Source: Candidatus Dormiibacterota bacterium (GTDB taxonomy: Bacteria > Chloroflexota > Dormibacteria > Aeolococcales > Aeolococcaceae). From it: a stretch of 64,000 nucleotides of DNA. Shown in pieces: positions 29,118-39,309 of this stretch (positions are counted from its first letter, which is position 1; each line of letters begins with the position of its first letter). The stretch spans positions 832,001-896,000 of the forward strand of contig OY970355.1 in NCBI GenBank assembly GCA_963718525.1. The letters run 5' to 3'. The notes beneath the pieces were generated by a model. The model did no database searches, was not told the DNA's origin, and saw only the letters and a program-made list of their open reading frames with translations. A program made the position numbers and the translations under genes.

Positions 29118-31094
29118 CTAGCCGGCGCAGTTTCCACCGACGCAGGACCACGCGGCGGCATTGAAATCAGGGACGAGGTCATTCTGCTGCACATCGCGCA
29201 GGCTCGTGGAGTACGTGTTCACGATGACCTGCTGATAGAGCGGGATCGCGGGCAGCAGGGCGGCGAGGCGTTGATCGGCAAGGGCGTAGTCGCTGGCGCG
29301 AGCTGTGAGGTCGGCGCTGTTGTGACCGAGATCCATGTCCTTGTCGAGCTGCGGGTCGTTGAGCCCGCTGAAGTTCATGCCAACCCCGAGGTTCGCGCTG
29401 GAAGGGATGGCATCCTCGTTGAGACAGGCCCCGCCACAGTCACCGTGCCAGATCGACGAGTACGTGTCCGGCTCGCCCGGAATGCCGAGCGCAACCGTGT
29501 AGAGCGCCATGTCGAAGGCGTGGGTCGCCAGCGGGCCGCCATCCGCGAAGGCGCCGAAGAATCGCGCCGCGGGAACGTTCGGCGTGAGGACGGCCGGCAC
29601 GTTGATGCCGATCTTGGCGAGATCACTGCGGATCAACAACTCCACCATGACCCGCACGGGGTCATCGCTGGTGGTACCGAGGTTGACGACGATGCAGGTG
29701 CCATCCCTGGCAGCGCGAAAGCTCTGCCCGTCCGGAGCGGCGCCGCACTTGGTGCTCCGCGTGTCGCCGGCGGTGTCGAGCATTGCATTCGCCGTCGCCG
29801 GGTCGAAGCCGGTGGTGGGGACGGAAGCGCTGCCGAGGTAGCTCGCGCCGAGTCTCATCCACGAGTCCGCGGGCACAGTCGTGACCCCGGGCGCGACCGC
29901 CTTGACGATCGCCTCCCTGTCGATGCCGAGCAGGATCGCCTTCCGGATCGTCGCGTCCGCGGTGTCCTCGTTCTCGGTGACCGCGGGGTTGTCGCACAGG
30001 CCGCCGTCGCCGGCGCAGAGATTGAACATGAGCACCTCGGCGCCGGATCCCAGGACCGGGTCGACGGTCAGCGGCACGGTGTGGGCACGCACGGCTGCGC
30101 TCAGTGACGCGAGCGCCGCCAGGCCGAGGTTCAGGCCAACCTGGACCGCGCCGGAGCGCACGTCCTTCTCCTCGGTGGCGAGGTCGGGTTCAATCCTGAA
30201 GATGATCTTGTCGAGATGCGCCCGACCCTCCTGATCCCAGTAGTTGGGATTGCGAACCAGCACCACCTGAGTTCCGCGGGTGTTGCTCGACATCACGAAC
30301 GGTCCGGTGCCGTCGAGCACCGTGCTCAGCGAGGCGGTGCCCTTGAACGCCGCCGGGTTGCCCGATCCCTTGGTGAGATCGAAGCTGCTCCGCGTCGCCG
30401 CCAGGTCGGCGCCGGCTGCCAGGACCGGGTCGAGCACGGCGGCCGGAAGGATTCCATCGACGCCGCTGCCGAGAGCGAGGTAGGGCCCGTACTGGGACTT
30501 GAAGTCGACGACTGCCTTGTACGGGTCCTGTTCGGTGCACTTGATCACCTGGTTCCACCCGACGGTGGAGACCTGTGGCGACGGACTGGGCTTGCCGAGC
30601 GCGCCGTAGGCGAGCCAGTGGAGCTGGAACGTGTCGCAGACGTCGTGGGACGTCAGGCTGCTGCCGTCGTCCCAGCGCACGCCCTGCCTGACGTGCCAGG
30701 TCACGCACATCGCCGCGGCCTTGTCCGCACACCCGCTCGTCTGGACCCCGCCGTTGGCCACGGTCGGGACCGAGGTGGCGAGGTCGGGGCTCCAGTAGTC
30801 GGCTTCAGACGTGGCGGTCGTGGTTGCCGTCGTCGAGCGGTACCAGAGCAGGCCTTCCTCGACGGGCGCCGCCATCGCGCCCCCAAAGTCGAGCTGACCG
30901 GTGATCCCGGCGTCGAGCAGCGTCGTGGGCGCCTGCCAGACCCCGACCGTCAGGGTGCCGCCCGCCGTTGCGGTGCCACCGGGAGCGCTGGTGGGCGATT
31001 TCGCGGGGGGCGAGGACGTGCAGCCGGCAAGCACGACGGCGAGCACGGTGACGAGCGGCGTGGCCAGACGCCACCATATGGGCCTCGAGGGCAT
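29118..31094 (-). CDS. Family 5 (peptide-type) ABC substrate-binding lipoprotein
   Basis: Lipobox LAGC; WDDG..TSHDV, GTGPF, RNPNYW, IRKAILLGIDR, PAIPLY. Confidence 0.88.
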   Translation of the reverse strand: MPSRPIWWRLATPLVTVLAVVLAGCTSSPPAKSPTSAPGGTATAGGTLTVGVWQAPTTLLDAGITGQLDFGGAMAAPVEEGLLWYRSTTATTTATSEADYWSPDLATSVPTVANGGVQTSGCADKAAAMCVTWHVRQGVRWDDGSSLTSHDVCDTFQLHWLAYGALGKPSPSPQVSTVGWNQVIKCTEQDPYKAVVDFKSQYGPYLALGSGVDGILPAAVLDPVLAAGADLAATRSSFDLTKGSGNPAAFKGTASLSTVLDGTGPFVMSSNTRGTQVVLVRNPNYWDQEGRAHLDKIIFRIEPDLATEEKDVRSGAVQVGLNLGLAALASLSAAVRAHTVPLTVDPVLGSGAEVLMFNLCAGDGGLCDNPAVTENEDTADATIRKAILLGIDREAIVKAVAPGVTTVPADSWMRLGASYLGSASVPTTGFDPATANAMLDTAGDTRSTKCGAAPDGQSFRAARDGTCIVVNLGTTSDDPVRVMVELLIRSDLAKIGINVPAVLTPNVPAARFFGAFADGGPLATHAFDMALYTVALGIPGEPDTYSSIWHGDCGGACLNEDAIPSSANLGVGMNFSGLNDPQLDKDMDLGHNSADLTARASDYALADQRLAALLPAIPLYQQVIVNTYSTSLRDVQQNDLVPDFNAAAWSCVGGNCAG

Positions 31095-31212
31095 GTGTCC
31101 GGAGCCAGCGACATACACGAGCGTGCATTGTGCCCCGCCCGTATAGTGGGACCGGAGTGGTCGATGGGCTAATGGGGATCTTCGCGGTACCGGTGGACCC
31201 TGGAGACATGCC

Positions 31213-33147
31213 ATGAGGATCGGCCGCGGGCGACACCCGCGCAGGCGCGACCCGAGGCGGCGGTTTCGCAATCGCCTGCTCGTGGGCATGGTTTGCGTCG
31301 CGCTGCTGCCACTGGTCGCCTTCGCAGTCCTCGCGGTGTTTGAGCTCGACGCGGTGGCCAAGAGCACGGCCAACGCGACCGAGGCGGCGATCCTGGCGCG
31401 TCAGCAAACGATGACGGATGCGGCGCTCGACAGTCGCGCGTTGTCGCTCGACAACAGCATGAGCACGATCGACAGCGCCATTCAGGAAGGCCTTGGAGGC
31501 GCCCTCACAAGGGCTATTGCCGCTGTCCCCAAAGGGGCGACAGCGCCGCCACTCAGGTTGGCGGCGCTCGGCCCCTCCTTCCAGTACGCCGCCACCACCG
31601 GGGCGGCGGGGAGCACGTTGATCCTGCCTGACGGACCGATCAACGACGTTCCTTTCATCCGAGCGAGCGAGAGCCCAGCCGTCGTCGCGCAGGTGACGAG
31701 CATCCTCAAGATCAACCCCGCCATCGGCACGGTGTGGCTCACGGACACCAGGACCGGGGCGATCCGCGCGTACCCAAACTTCGATCCAACCACCCAGCCC
31801 TATGACCCGCTCCTTCGAGCCAAGGTGCTCTCGGAATCCGAAGGCGGCATCCCTGCTGCGAGCGCACCCAACGTCTGGGTCCAACCAGGCGCCCCCGGGC
31901 GCAGCACCGACGGGCCGTTCTGGTCGGATCCGTACCCGCTGCTCGCGGACGGCTCAGCGGGAGTCAGCGCGTGGTACCAGGACCCCTCGTCGATACAGGT
32001 GGGAGTCGACGTGTCCGTGTCGAAACTCCTCGGATCCAGCCTGCTCGCGGCCGCAACGCCGACCGTGGATCCTCTTCTGATCAGCGCGACCGGGACAGTC
32101 CTGTACGGGGCTTCTCAGGCACACGCGGATTTTCCCAGCGCCGCGTTTGGGGCACAGTTCACCACCCCGCAGTCCGGGTTGTCGAACTCGATCCGCCACA
32201 TGTGGACCAGCGGCGCCACCTCTGACACCCCGCTGACCGCGACCTTCGCCAATGCCAGGACCGACCTCTTCACGTCGCCGGTCTTCAGTGGCCACTGGAT
32301 CATCGTCAACCCGGTGCCGGTGAACTCGCTGGAGCCCAACCTCCTCGCGCTGACGCTCGGCGTCAATGACAGCGTCCACCGCCTGTTCCCAGTGACAGTG
32401 CTTCCGGTGCTCATCCTGCTCGTGGGTCTTGCGTTCATCGCCACGACCCTGCTGTCACGCCGTATGTATCTCCCGGTACAGGCACTCACCGACCACGCGG
32501 TCCTCGAGGAGCGTACCCGCCTGGCGCGCGAGATCCACGACACGCTCGCCCAGCAGCTGACCGGCATCGTGCTGGAACTGGAGGCCGCCGACACGCTGCT
32601 GAATCGCGGCTCGGAGCGGCGCGCGAAGACGTCCGTGGAGAAGGCCCGGGAGCTTGCACGAGGGGCGTTGCAGGAGGCGCGGCGTTCGGTGTGGAACCTC
32701 CGTCCCGCCCCGCTCTCCGCCACTGGCCTGGTCGCTGCAATCGGCCACGAGGTCGAGGCCTGGGAGGAACGCACCGGTATCCCGGCGCGGTTCAGAGCGC
32801 GCACCGTGCCGCAGCACTCGCCGCTATCGCCCACTGCCGAGGTGGCGCTGCTGCGCATCGGCCAGGAGGCGCTCTCCAATGCGGCCCGGCATGGCAAGCC
32901 CGAGCATGTCGACGTCGAGCTGCGGACGCATGCCCAGGAGCTGATCCTCTCGATCCGGGACGACGGGGTCGGCTTCGATCCGTCGGCGACCGCGCCGCGC
33001 GAGGACTGTTTCGGCCTCGACGGCATGGCCGAACGGGCGCGCAATGCCGGCGGAACGCTGACCGTGGTGAGTGCCCCCGGTCAGGGGACCACCGTCACCA
33101 CCAGGCTGCCATTCACTGAGGCTGCGGTCGAAGCGGTCAGCGCATGA
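31213..33147 (+). CDS. Membrane sensor histidine kinase (HisKA_3 type) with Cache-like extracellular domain
   Basis: Two TMs, WSDPY, EERTRLAREIHDTLAQ, QEALSNAARH, DDGVGF, FGLDGM.ER. Confidence 0.93.
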   Translation: MRIGRGRHPRRRDPRRRFRNRLLVGMVCVALLPLVAFAVLAVFELDAVAKSTANATEAAILARQQTMTDAALDSRALSLDNSMSTIDSAIQEGLGGALTRAIAAVPKGATAPPLRLAALGPSFQYAATTGAAGSTLILPDGPINDVPFIRASESPAVVAQVTSILKINPAIGTVWLTDTRTGAIRAYPNFDPTTQPYDPLLRAKVLSESEGGIPAASAPNVWVQPGAPGRSTDGPFWSDPYPLLADGSAGVSAWYQDPSSIQVGVDVSVSKLLGSSLLAAATPTVDPLLISATGTVLYGASQAHADFPSAAFGAQFTTPQSGLSNSIRHMWTSGATSDTPLTATFANARTDLFTSPVFSGHWIIVNPVPVNSLEPNLLALTLGVNDSVHRLFPVTVLPVLILLVGLAFIATTLLSRRMYLPVQALTDHAVLEERTRLAREIHDTLAQQLTGIVLELEAADTLLNRGSERRAKTSVEKARELARGALQEARRSVWNLRPAPLSATGLVAAIGHEVEAWEERTGIPARFRARTVPQHSPLSPTAEVALLRIGQEALSNAARHGKPEHVDVELRTHAQELILSIRDDGVGFDPSATAPREDCFGLDGMAERARNAGGTLTVVSAPGQGTTVTTRLPFTEAAVEAVSA

Positions 33148-33746
33148 TCAGCGTGCTGGTGGCCGACGACCATCCCGTCGTCCGGGACGGTCTCTGCACG
33201 ATGCTGGAGCTCGAACCGGACATCAGGGTGGTGGGCAGAGCGTCCGACGGTGCCGAGGCTGTGGAGCAGGCGCGACGGACTCACCCCGACGTGATCCTGC
33301 TCGACGTCCAGATGCCGGTGATGGACGGCATCGAGGCGCTTCGCAAGATCCGTGCTCGCGACCCCGAAGCCCGGGTGATTGTGCTGACCACGTATCGCAA
33401 CGAGGACTACATCTTTCCCTCGCTCAAGGCCGGAGCGCTCGGTTACCTGCTCAAGGATGCAACTCGCGAGGAGCTTGCCGGCGCGATCCGAGCGGTTGCA
33501 GCCGGCGAATCACTCCTCGACCCGCAGCTGGTCAGCGCGGCGGCGGAGAAGATGCCGTCGATCACCCGGCGCGAACGCGACGTGCTCCGGCTCATGGCCG
33601 ACGGCAAGAACAACGCGGAGATCGCGGTGCTGCTCTTCCTCAGCGAGAACACGGTGAAAACCCACGTGAGCAACATCCTCGAGAAGCTCGGATGCAAGGA
33701 CCGCGCCGCCGCGGTGCTGCTCGCCTGGAGACGCCACATCATCTAG
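33144..33746 (+). CDS. NarL/LuxR-family response regulator
   Basis: DDHPVVRDG, LDVQMP, GYLLKD, LuxR HTH TVKTHVSNIL.KL. Confidence 0.95.
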   Translation: MISVLVADDHPVVRDGLCTMLELEPDIRVVGRASDGAEAVEQARRTHPDVILLDVQMPVMDGIEALRKIRARDPEARVIVLTTYRNEDYIFPSLKAGALGYLLKDATREELAGAIRAVAAGESLLDPQLVSAAAEKMPSITRRERDVLRLMADGKNNAEIAVLLFLSENTVKTHVSNILEKLGCKDRAAAVLLAWRRHII

Positions 33747-33768
33747 GCGCCCATAGACTGTCCCAGCA

Positions 33769-35040
33769 ATGGAATCTGCTGGCGTCGGCATGCTGGGGCT
33801 GGGGACGGTCGGGTCCGCTGTTGCCAGGCGGCTCATCGGGGAGTGGGAATTCCTCGGCGAACGCGCGGGTGCGACGCCGCTGCTGCGCTGCGTCGCCGTG
33901 CGCGACATCTCGAAGCCTCGTGACGTCGATCTGAAGAACGTCCGGCTCGTCGCCGGTCCTCAGGACGTCATCGCCGATCCGGGGGTTGCCATCGTCATCG
34001 AGGTGATGGGCGGCACCGACCCCGCAACCGAGCTGATCGAGTCAGCGCTGCGCGCCGGCAAGAGCGTCGTGACCGCCAACAAAGCCGTGATCGCGGCGTC
34101 GGGTCCTCGCCTGACCGCTCTCGCTGCGGAGCACGGCGCTCGCCTGTATTACGAGGCGAGTGTCGGGGCGGGCCTGCCGATCATCGCGCTGCTGCGGAGG
34201 AGCCTGCTCGCCGATCGCATCGCGTCGCTCGACGGCGTGATCAACGGCACCACCAACGTCATCCTGACCCGGATGCGCTCGCCTGGGGTGAGCTTCGCCA
34301 ACGCGCTTACCGATGCGCAGCGCCGAGGTTTCGCCGAGGCGGATCCATCACTCGACGTGGACGGCTGGGATGCGGTGCAGAAGCTCGTGATCCTTGCGTG
34401 GCTGGCCCTCGACGTCTCGATCGCCCCCGGCGCGGTGGACCGCATCGGCATCCGCAAGGTCGCCGCTGCCGACGTCGGCGCGCTCGCCCAGCTCGGCTAC
34501 CGCGTGCGCCTGCTTGCTCACGCCGAGCGCGCTTCCAGCGGCGCCGTCCATCTCCGCGTCCGACCGACCGCCGTGGGCGCCGGACACCTCCTCCACGATG
34601 TCGATGATGCTGACAATGCTGTCATCATCTCGAGCGACCTCGCGGCAACGGTGATGCTCCGCGGGCTCGGTGCGGGGGGCGATTCGACGGCGAGCGCGGT
34701 GTTGAGCGACGTCGTCACAGCCGTGCGAGAACGCGGCGCGCCGCGCGAGTTCAGCACCGCTCCGCGGGTCGATGCGCCGATGCTCGGCGATGAGGACATC
34801 GAGGTCGCCGGGTACGTCCGGGTTCGCCTCTCCACGGAAGCGGATGCGCGCGCGCTCGTCATTCAGGCGATCGAGGACCGCGGTCTCGCCGTCGACGCGG
34901 CGGTCGATCTCGCCGGCTCGGAGCTGATCGTCCTCACCGGGATGGCGCCTCGGGCCGTCCACGACGGTGCGCTGGTGACCCTCGACACGCTGACTTCCGT
35001 CGACGAGATCCTCGGCGCCCTCGACCGGGTCGAGGCGTAG
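33769..35040 (+). CDS. hom: Homoserine dehydrogenase
   Basis: GLGTVG, VVTANK, EASVGAGLP, NGTTN, GFAEADP..DVDG.D...K, GAGG..TASAV. Confidence 0.93.
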   Translation: MESAGVGMLGLGTVGSAVARRLIGEWEFLGERAGATPLLRCVAVRDISKPRDVDLKNVRLVAGPQDVIADPGVAIVIEVMGGTDPATELIESALRAGKSVVTANKAVIAASGPRLTALAAEHGARLYYEASVGAGLPIIALLRRSLLADRIASLDGVINGTTNVILTRMRSPGVSFANALTDAQRRGFAEADPSLDVDGWDAVQKLVILAWLALDVSIAPGAVDRIGIRKVAAADVGALAQLGYRVRLLAHAERASSGAVHLRVRPTAVGAGHLLHDVDDADNAVIISSDLAATVMLRGLGAGGDSTASAVLSDVVTAVRERGAPREFSTAPRVDAPMLGDEDIEVAGYVRVRLSTEADARALVIQAIEDRGLAVDAAVDLAGSELIVLTGMAPRAVHDGALVTLDTLTSVDEILGALDRVEA

Positions 35041-35049
35041 GCGGTACCG

Positions 35050-36108
35050 ATGACCGTCCGCGCTCGGGGTGTCATCGCCCGCTGGGGAGACCGGCTCGCT
35101 CTCTCGCCGCGCGCGCCGCACATCAGTCTCGGCGAAGGCGACACGCCGTGCGTCGAATCGCTGACCATCGGCCCTTCACTCGGGCTCGCCTCGCTGCACT
35201 TCAAGCTCGAGGGGCTGAATCCGACCGGTTCGTTCAAGGACCGGGGCATGGTGGTCGCGGTCGCCGCCGCGCTGCACGAGGGGAGCCGGGCGATCATCTG
35301 CGCGTCGACGGGGAATACCAGTGCTTCGGCAGCGGCGTACGGCGGGCGCTTCGGGCTGCGCACCGTCGTGGTGGTTCCCCACGGACACATCGCCTCCGGC
35401 AAGCTCGTCCAGGCGCGGGTCCATGGCGCGACGGTGGTGAGCATCAATGGCGGCTTCGACGTCGCGCTCCGGATCGTCCGCGAGCTGTGCGAACGCCACC
35501 CCGTCACCCTGGTCAACAGCGTGAACCCGAACCGGATCGAGGGTCAGAAGACGGCAGCGTTCGAGATCGTCGATGAGCTCGGTGATGCGCCCGACGTGCT
35601 GGCGCTCCCCGTGGGGAACGCGGGCAACATCACCGCGTACTGGCGCGGCTTTCGGGAGGATCACCGTGATGGACGGGCGAGCCGCCTGCCCCGGATGTTC
35701 GGAGGCCAGGCGGCGGGCGCCGCGCCCCTCGTCCTCGAACGGCCGATCGACGATCCGCAGACGGTCGCGAGCGCCATCCGGATCGGCAACCCAGCGTCAT
35801 GGCACGGAGCGGTCGAGGCACGCGACGAGTCGGAGGGGATGATCGCCGCGGTCTCGGATGACGCCATCCTCGATGCGCAACGACGGCTGGCGCGGCTCGA
35901 AGGGATCTTCTGCGAGCCTGCATCCGCGGCCTCGCTGGCCGTGCTGGAGCGCGCCATTGCCGAAGGTGCTGTGGCGCCAGGGACCCATGCGGTCTGCGTC
36001 CTCACCGGCAACGGCCTGAAGGATCCGGGCGCCGTCGAGCCCGCGCTGGCGCCGATTCTCGAGGTTCCCCCCGACGCAGGCGCGCTGGCGCTCGCGATCG
36101 AGATCTGA
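35050..36108 (+). CDS. thrC: Threonine synthase
   Basis: NPTGSFKDRG, CASTGNTSAS, PVGNAGN, AIRIGNP, LTGNGLKD. Confidence 0.96.
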   Translation: MTVRARGVIARWGDRLALSPRAPHISLGEGDTPCVESLTIGPSLGLASLHFKLEGLNPTGSFKDRGMVVAVAAALHEGSRAIICASTGNTSASAAAYGGRFGLRTVVVVPHGHIASGKLVQARVHGATVVSINGGFDVALRIVRELCERHPVTLVNSVNPNRIEGQKTAAFEIVDELGDAPDVLALPVGNAGNITAYWRGFREDHRDGRASRLPRMFGGQAAGAAPLVLERPIDDPQTVASAIRIGNPASWHGAVEARDESEGMIAAVSDDAILDAQRRLARLEGIFCEPASAASLAVLERAIAEGAVAPGTHAVCVLTGNGLKDPGAVEPALAPILEVPPDAGALALAIEI

Positions 36109-36112
36109 GCGC

Positions 36113-37009
36113 GTGCGCGTCCGCGTCGCCGTTCCCGCCAGCGTCGCCAACCTCGGGCCGGGGTTCGACATCCTCGCCATGGCGCTCCAGCTCCAGAACG
36201 ACATTCGCGCAGAGCAGCGACCCGGTGCGCTCACCATCGACGCAGGTCCCGGCGCCTCCGCCGAGCTCAACGATCCTGACCGCAACCTGGTCACCGCCGC
36301 GTACGCGCAATCCTGTGCAGCGCTCGGTGTTCCGGTCACCGGGGTTCACTTCACCTGCGTGAACCGGATTCCGATCGGGCGGGGCATGGGATCGAGCGCG
36401 GCGGCGTCGCTCTCGGGTGTCCTCGTCGCGGCGGCCCTCCACCAGGCGCCATGGGACGAGAACGCCGTGCTCGACCGCGTCAGCGCGCTCGAAGGACATC
36501 GCGACAACGCGGCGGCAGCCCTGCTCGGCGGTCTCGCCATCTGTGCACCGGGCGCACCCGCGGTGCGCCTGTCAGTCTCCGACGACCTCCGCGCAGTCCT
36601 CTTCATTCCCGATTCGCCCTTCACGACCAGCGAATCGCGCCAGGTTGTCCCCACCACGTTCAACCGCGAGGACGCGATCTTCAACGCGAGCCGCTGCGCG
36701 CTGCTGGTCCGCGCGCTTGCCCTCGGTGACCACGCCGCCCTCGGCATCGCCATGCAGGATCGCTGGCACCAGGACGCGCGCTTTGCGCTCATGAAGGGTG
36801 CGCGGGAGATCGTCGCCGCCGCCGACGCCGCCGGTGCGTCCGGCGCCGCACTTGCGGGTGCCGGCCCCTCGGTGGTCGCCCTGACGCCACTCGACCCCGA
36901 GCCCATCGCCGCGGCCATGTCCGGTGCGGCGGCGAGCGCAGGCGTGCGCGGAGAGACGATGGTCCTCTCGCCACGCAACTACGGCACCAGAGTGGACGTC
37001 TCGGCGTGA
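36113..37009 (+). CDS. thrB: Homoserine kinase
   Basis: PASVANLGPGFD, PIGRGMGSSAA, EGHRDN, AGAGP. Confidence 0.94.
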   Translation: MRVRVAVPASVANLGPGFDILAMALQLQNDIRAEQRPGALTIDAGPGASAELNDPDRNLVTAAYAQSCAALGVPVTGVHFTCVNRIPIGRGMGSSAAASLSGVLVAAALHQAPWDENAVLDRVSALEGHRDNAAAALLGGLAICAPGAPAVRLSVSDDLRAVLFIPDSPFTTSESRQVVPTTFNREDAIFNASRCALLVRALALGDHAALGIAMQDRWHQDARFALMKGAREIVAAADAAGASGAALAGAGPSVVALTPLDPEPIAAAMSGAAASAGVRGETMVLSPRNYGTRVDVSA

Positions 37010-38223
37010 CCCGCGTCGTCCAGAAGTACGGAGGATCGAGCGTTGCGACGCCGATGCGGCTGCGCCGGGTCGCTCGGCGCATCCGGGAGTCGCTTGAGGC
37101 GGGATCCGAGGTTGTCGTTGTGGTCAGTGCCATGGGCGACACCACCGATGAGCTCATCGCACTTGCGCATCGCGTGACCGGCGACCCGCCATCGCGCGAG
37201 ATGGACATGCTGCTCAGCAGCGGCGAGACCATCACCGCGCCATTGCTGGCGATGGCGCTGCATGCCGCGGGCACACCGGCGATCTCGCTCACGGGTGCGC
37301 AGGCCGGCATTCGCACCAGCAGGGCACACCGGACCGCGCGGATCGTCGACATCGTCCCGCAGCGAGTGCTCGACGAGCTCGGGCGGGGCAACGTGGTGGT
37401 GGTCGCCGGTTTCCAGGGCGCAACCGAGGATATGGACGTGACCACCCTCGGGCGCGGCGGCTCCGACACGACCGCAGTCGCGCTTGCGGTGGCGATCGGC
37501 GCCGATCACTGCGAGATCTTCACCGACGTCCCCGGTGTGCACACCGCCGATCCGCGGATCGTTCCCTCTGCGCGGGTGATCCCGTCGATCGACTACGACG
37601 AGATGCTCGAGCTCGCCTCAGCGGGAGCGCGGGTGATGCATCCGCGCGCAGTCGAGATCGGCGAGGCCTACTCGATGGAGATTCGGGTTCGATCCACGTT
37701 CGACAACGAACCGGGGACAATCATCGCGAAGCAGGACCGCATGGAAATCCGCCAGAAGGTGCGCGCCATCGCGCACGAGACCGACGTCGCAAAGGTGACG
37801 CTCCTCCGCGTCCCGGACCAGCCGGGAGTCGCCGCGTCGATCTTCGGGCCCTTCGGTGAGGCGGGCATCGACATCGACATCGTGCTCCAGAACGTCAGCC
37901 ACGACGGCACCACGGACCTGAGCTTCACCATCGCCGAGTCGCACCTGCCCAAGGCCCGCCGCATGCTCGCGTCGGTGGCGAAGAGCGTGCACGCGCAGGG
38001 GTATACCGCCACCGCCGGCGTCGCCAAGGTCACCGTCATCGGGAGTGGGCTCAGGGGAACGCCGGGCATCTACGCGAAGATCTTTCGTGCGCTCGCCGAC
38101 GCGGACATCAACATCCAGATGATCGCCACCAGCGAGATTCACGTCACCTGCATCATCGATCGTCCACGCGTCCGCGACGCCGTTCGTGCGTTGCACACCG
38201 CGTTCGAGCTGGAAAGGATTTGA
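37006..38223 (+). CDS. lysC: Aspartate kinase with two ACT domains
   Basis: VQKYGGSSV, VSAMGDTTD, TTLGRGGSDTTA, DPR, DQPG, TSEI. Confidence 0.96.
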   Translation: MTRVVQKYGGSSVATPMRLRRVARRIRESLEAGSEVVVVVSAMGDTTDELIALAHRVTGDPPSREMDMLLSSGETITAPLLAMALHAAGTPAISLTGAQAGIRTSRAHRTARIVDIVPQRVLDELGRGNVVVVAGFQGATEDMDVTTLGRGGSDTTAVALAVAIGADHCEIFTDVPGVHTADPRIVPSARVIPSIDYDEMLELASAGARVMHPRAVEIGEAYSMEIRVRSTFDNEPGTIIAKQDRMEIRQKVRAIAHETDVAKVTLLRVPDQPGVAASIFGPFGEAGIDIDIVLQNVSHDGTTDLSFTIAESHLPKARRMLASVAKSVHAQGYTATAGVAKVTVIGSGLRGTPGIYAKIFRALADADINIQMIATSEIHVTCIIDRPRVRDAVRALHTAFELERI

Positions 38224-39308
38224 GCCTCAGTGTCGGCATCGTCGGACTGCCCAACGCCGGCAAATCGACGCTGTTCAACGCCATGACTCAGGCCGGCGCT
38301 GCAGTCGGCAACTATCCCTTCACGACCATCGAGCCGAACACAGGCGTCGTCCCCGTTCCAGACGCGCGTCTCGAGCAACTCGCAGAGCTGTTCCAGCCTC
38401 CGAAGGTGATTCCGGCGACGGTCACCTTCACCGACATCGCCGAACTCGTGCGTGGCGCGAGCCGCGGCGAGGGACTGGGCAACCGCTTCCTCGGCCATAT
38501 CCGCGAGGCCGACGCGACGGCGCTGGTGGTCCGAGCATTCGAGGATCCAGACGTCACCCACATCGAGGGCGGTGTCGACCCGGTCCGCGACATCGACGTC
38601 CTGGAGCTCGAGTTGCAGCTCGCCGACCTCGAAACCGTCACCCGGCGGCTGGAGCGCACCGAGAAAACGTCTCGACTGCAGAAGGAGAAGGAGCCCGAGC
38701 TGATCGATCTGCTGCGCCGGGTCCAGCAGCATCTCGACCAGGGCAGGCCGGTTCGAACCATGCCGCTGAACCCCGAAGAGCAGTCGATGTTGCGGGAGTT
38801 CTGGTTGCTGACGGGAAAGCCGCTGATGGTTGTCGTCAACGTCGCGGAGGCCGGGGCGCAGGACCCCGTCCCCCAGGAGATCATCGAGCGAGCGGCGCTC
38901 GCCGGTGGCGACGCCATCGCCGTCTCGGCGCGCATCGAGAACGACATCGCCGAGCTCGATGCCGCCGACCGCGACGCGTTCCTGCACGACCTTGGCCTCG
39001 CGGAGCCCGGGCTGTACCGGGTTGCGCGCAGCGCGTACCGGTTGCTCCGGCTGATCACCTTCTTCACCGCGGGCGACACCGAGGTTCGCGCCTGGAACCT
39101 CCGCGAGGGCGAGACCGCGCTCGACGCGGCGGCGAGCATCCACACGGACATTGCCCGCGGGTTCATCCGCGCCGAGGTGACCGGCGCCGAGGAACTCCTC
39201 GATGCGGGCTCGTACGCCGTGCTGCGCGAGCGGGGCAAACAGCAACTCGAGGGCCGCGACTACGTGATGCGCGACGGCGACGTCATCCACGTGCGATTCA
39301 ATCTCTGA
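38220..39308 (+). CDS. ychF: Obg-like ATPase YchF
   Basis: GIVGLPNAGKSTLFN, YPFTTIEPN, GEGLGN.FL, IHTD..RGFIRAE, EGRDY...DGD. Confidence 0.95.
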   Translation: MSLSVGIVGLPNAGKSTLFNAMTQAGAAVGNYPFTTIEPNTGVVPVPDARLEQLAELFQPPKVIPATVTFTDIAELVRGASRGEGLGNRFLGHIREADATALVVRAFEDPDVTHIEGGVDPVRDIDVLELELQLADLETVTRRLERTEKTSRLQKEKEPELIDLLRRVQQHLDQGRPVRTMPLNPEEQSMLREFWLLTGKPLMVVVNVAEAGAQDPVPQEIIERAALAGGDAIAVSARIENDIAELDAADRDAFLHDLGLAEPGLYRVARSAYRLLRLITFFTAGDTEVRAWNLREGETALDAAASIHTDIARGFIRAEVTGAEELLDAGSYAVLRERGKQQLEGRDYVMRDGDVIHVRFNL

Positions 39309-39309
39309 C

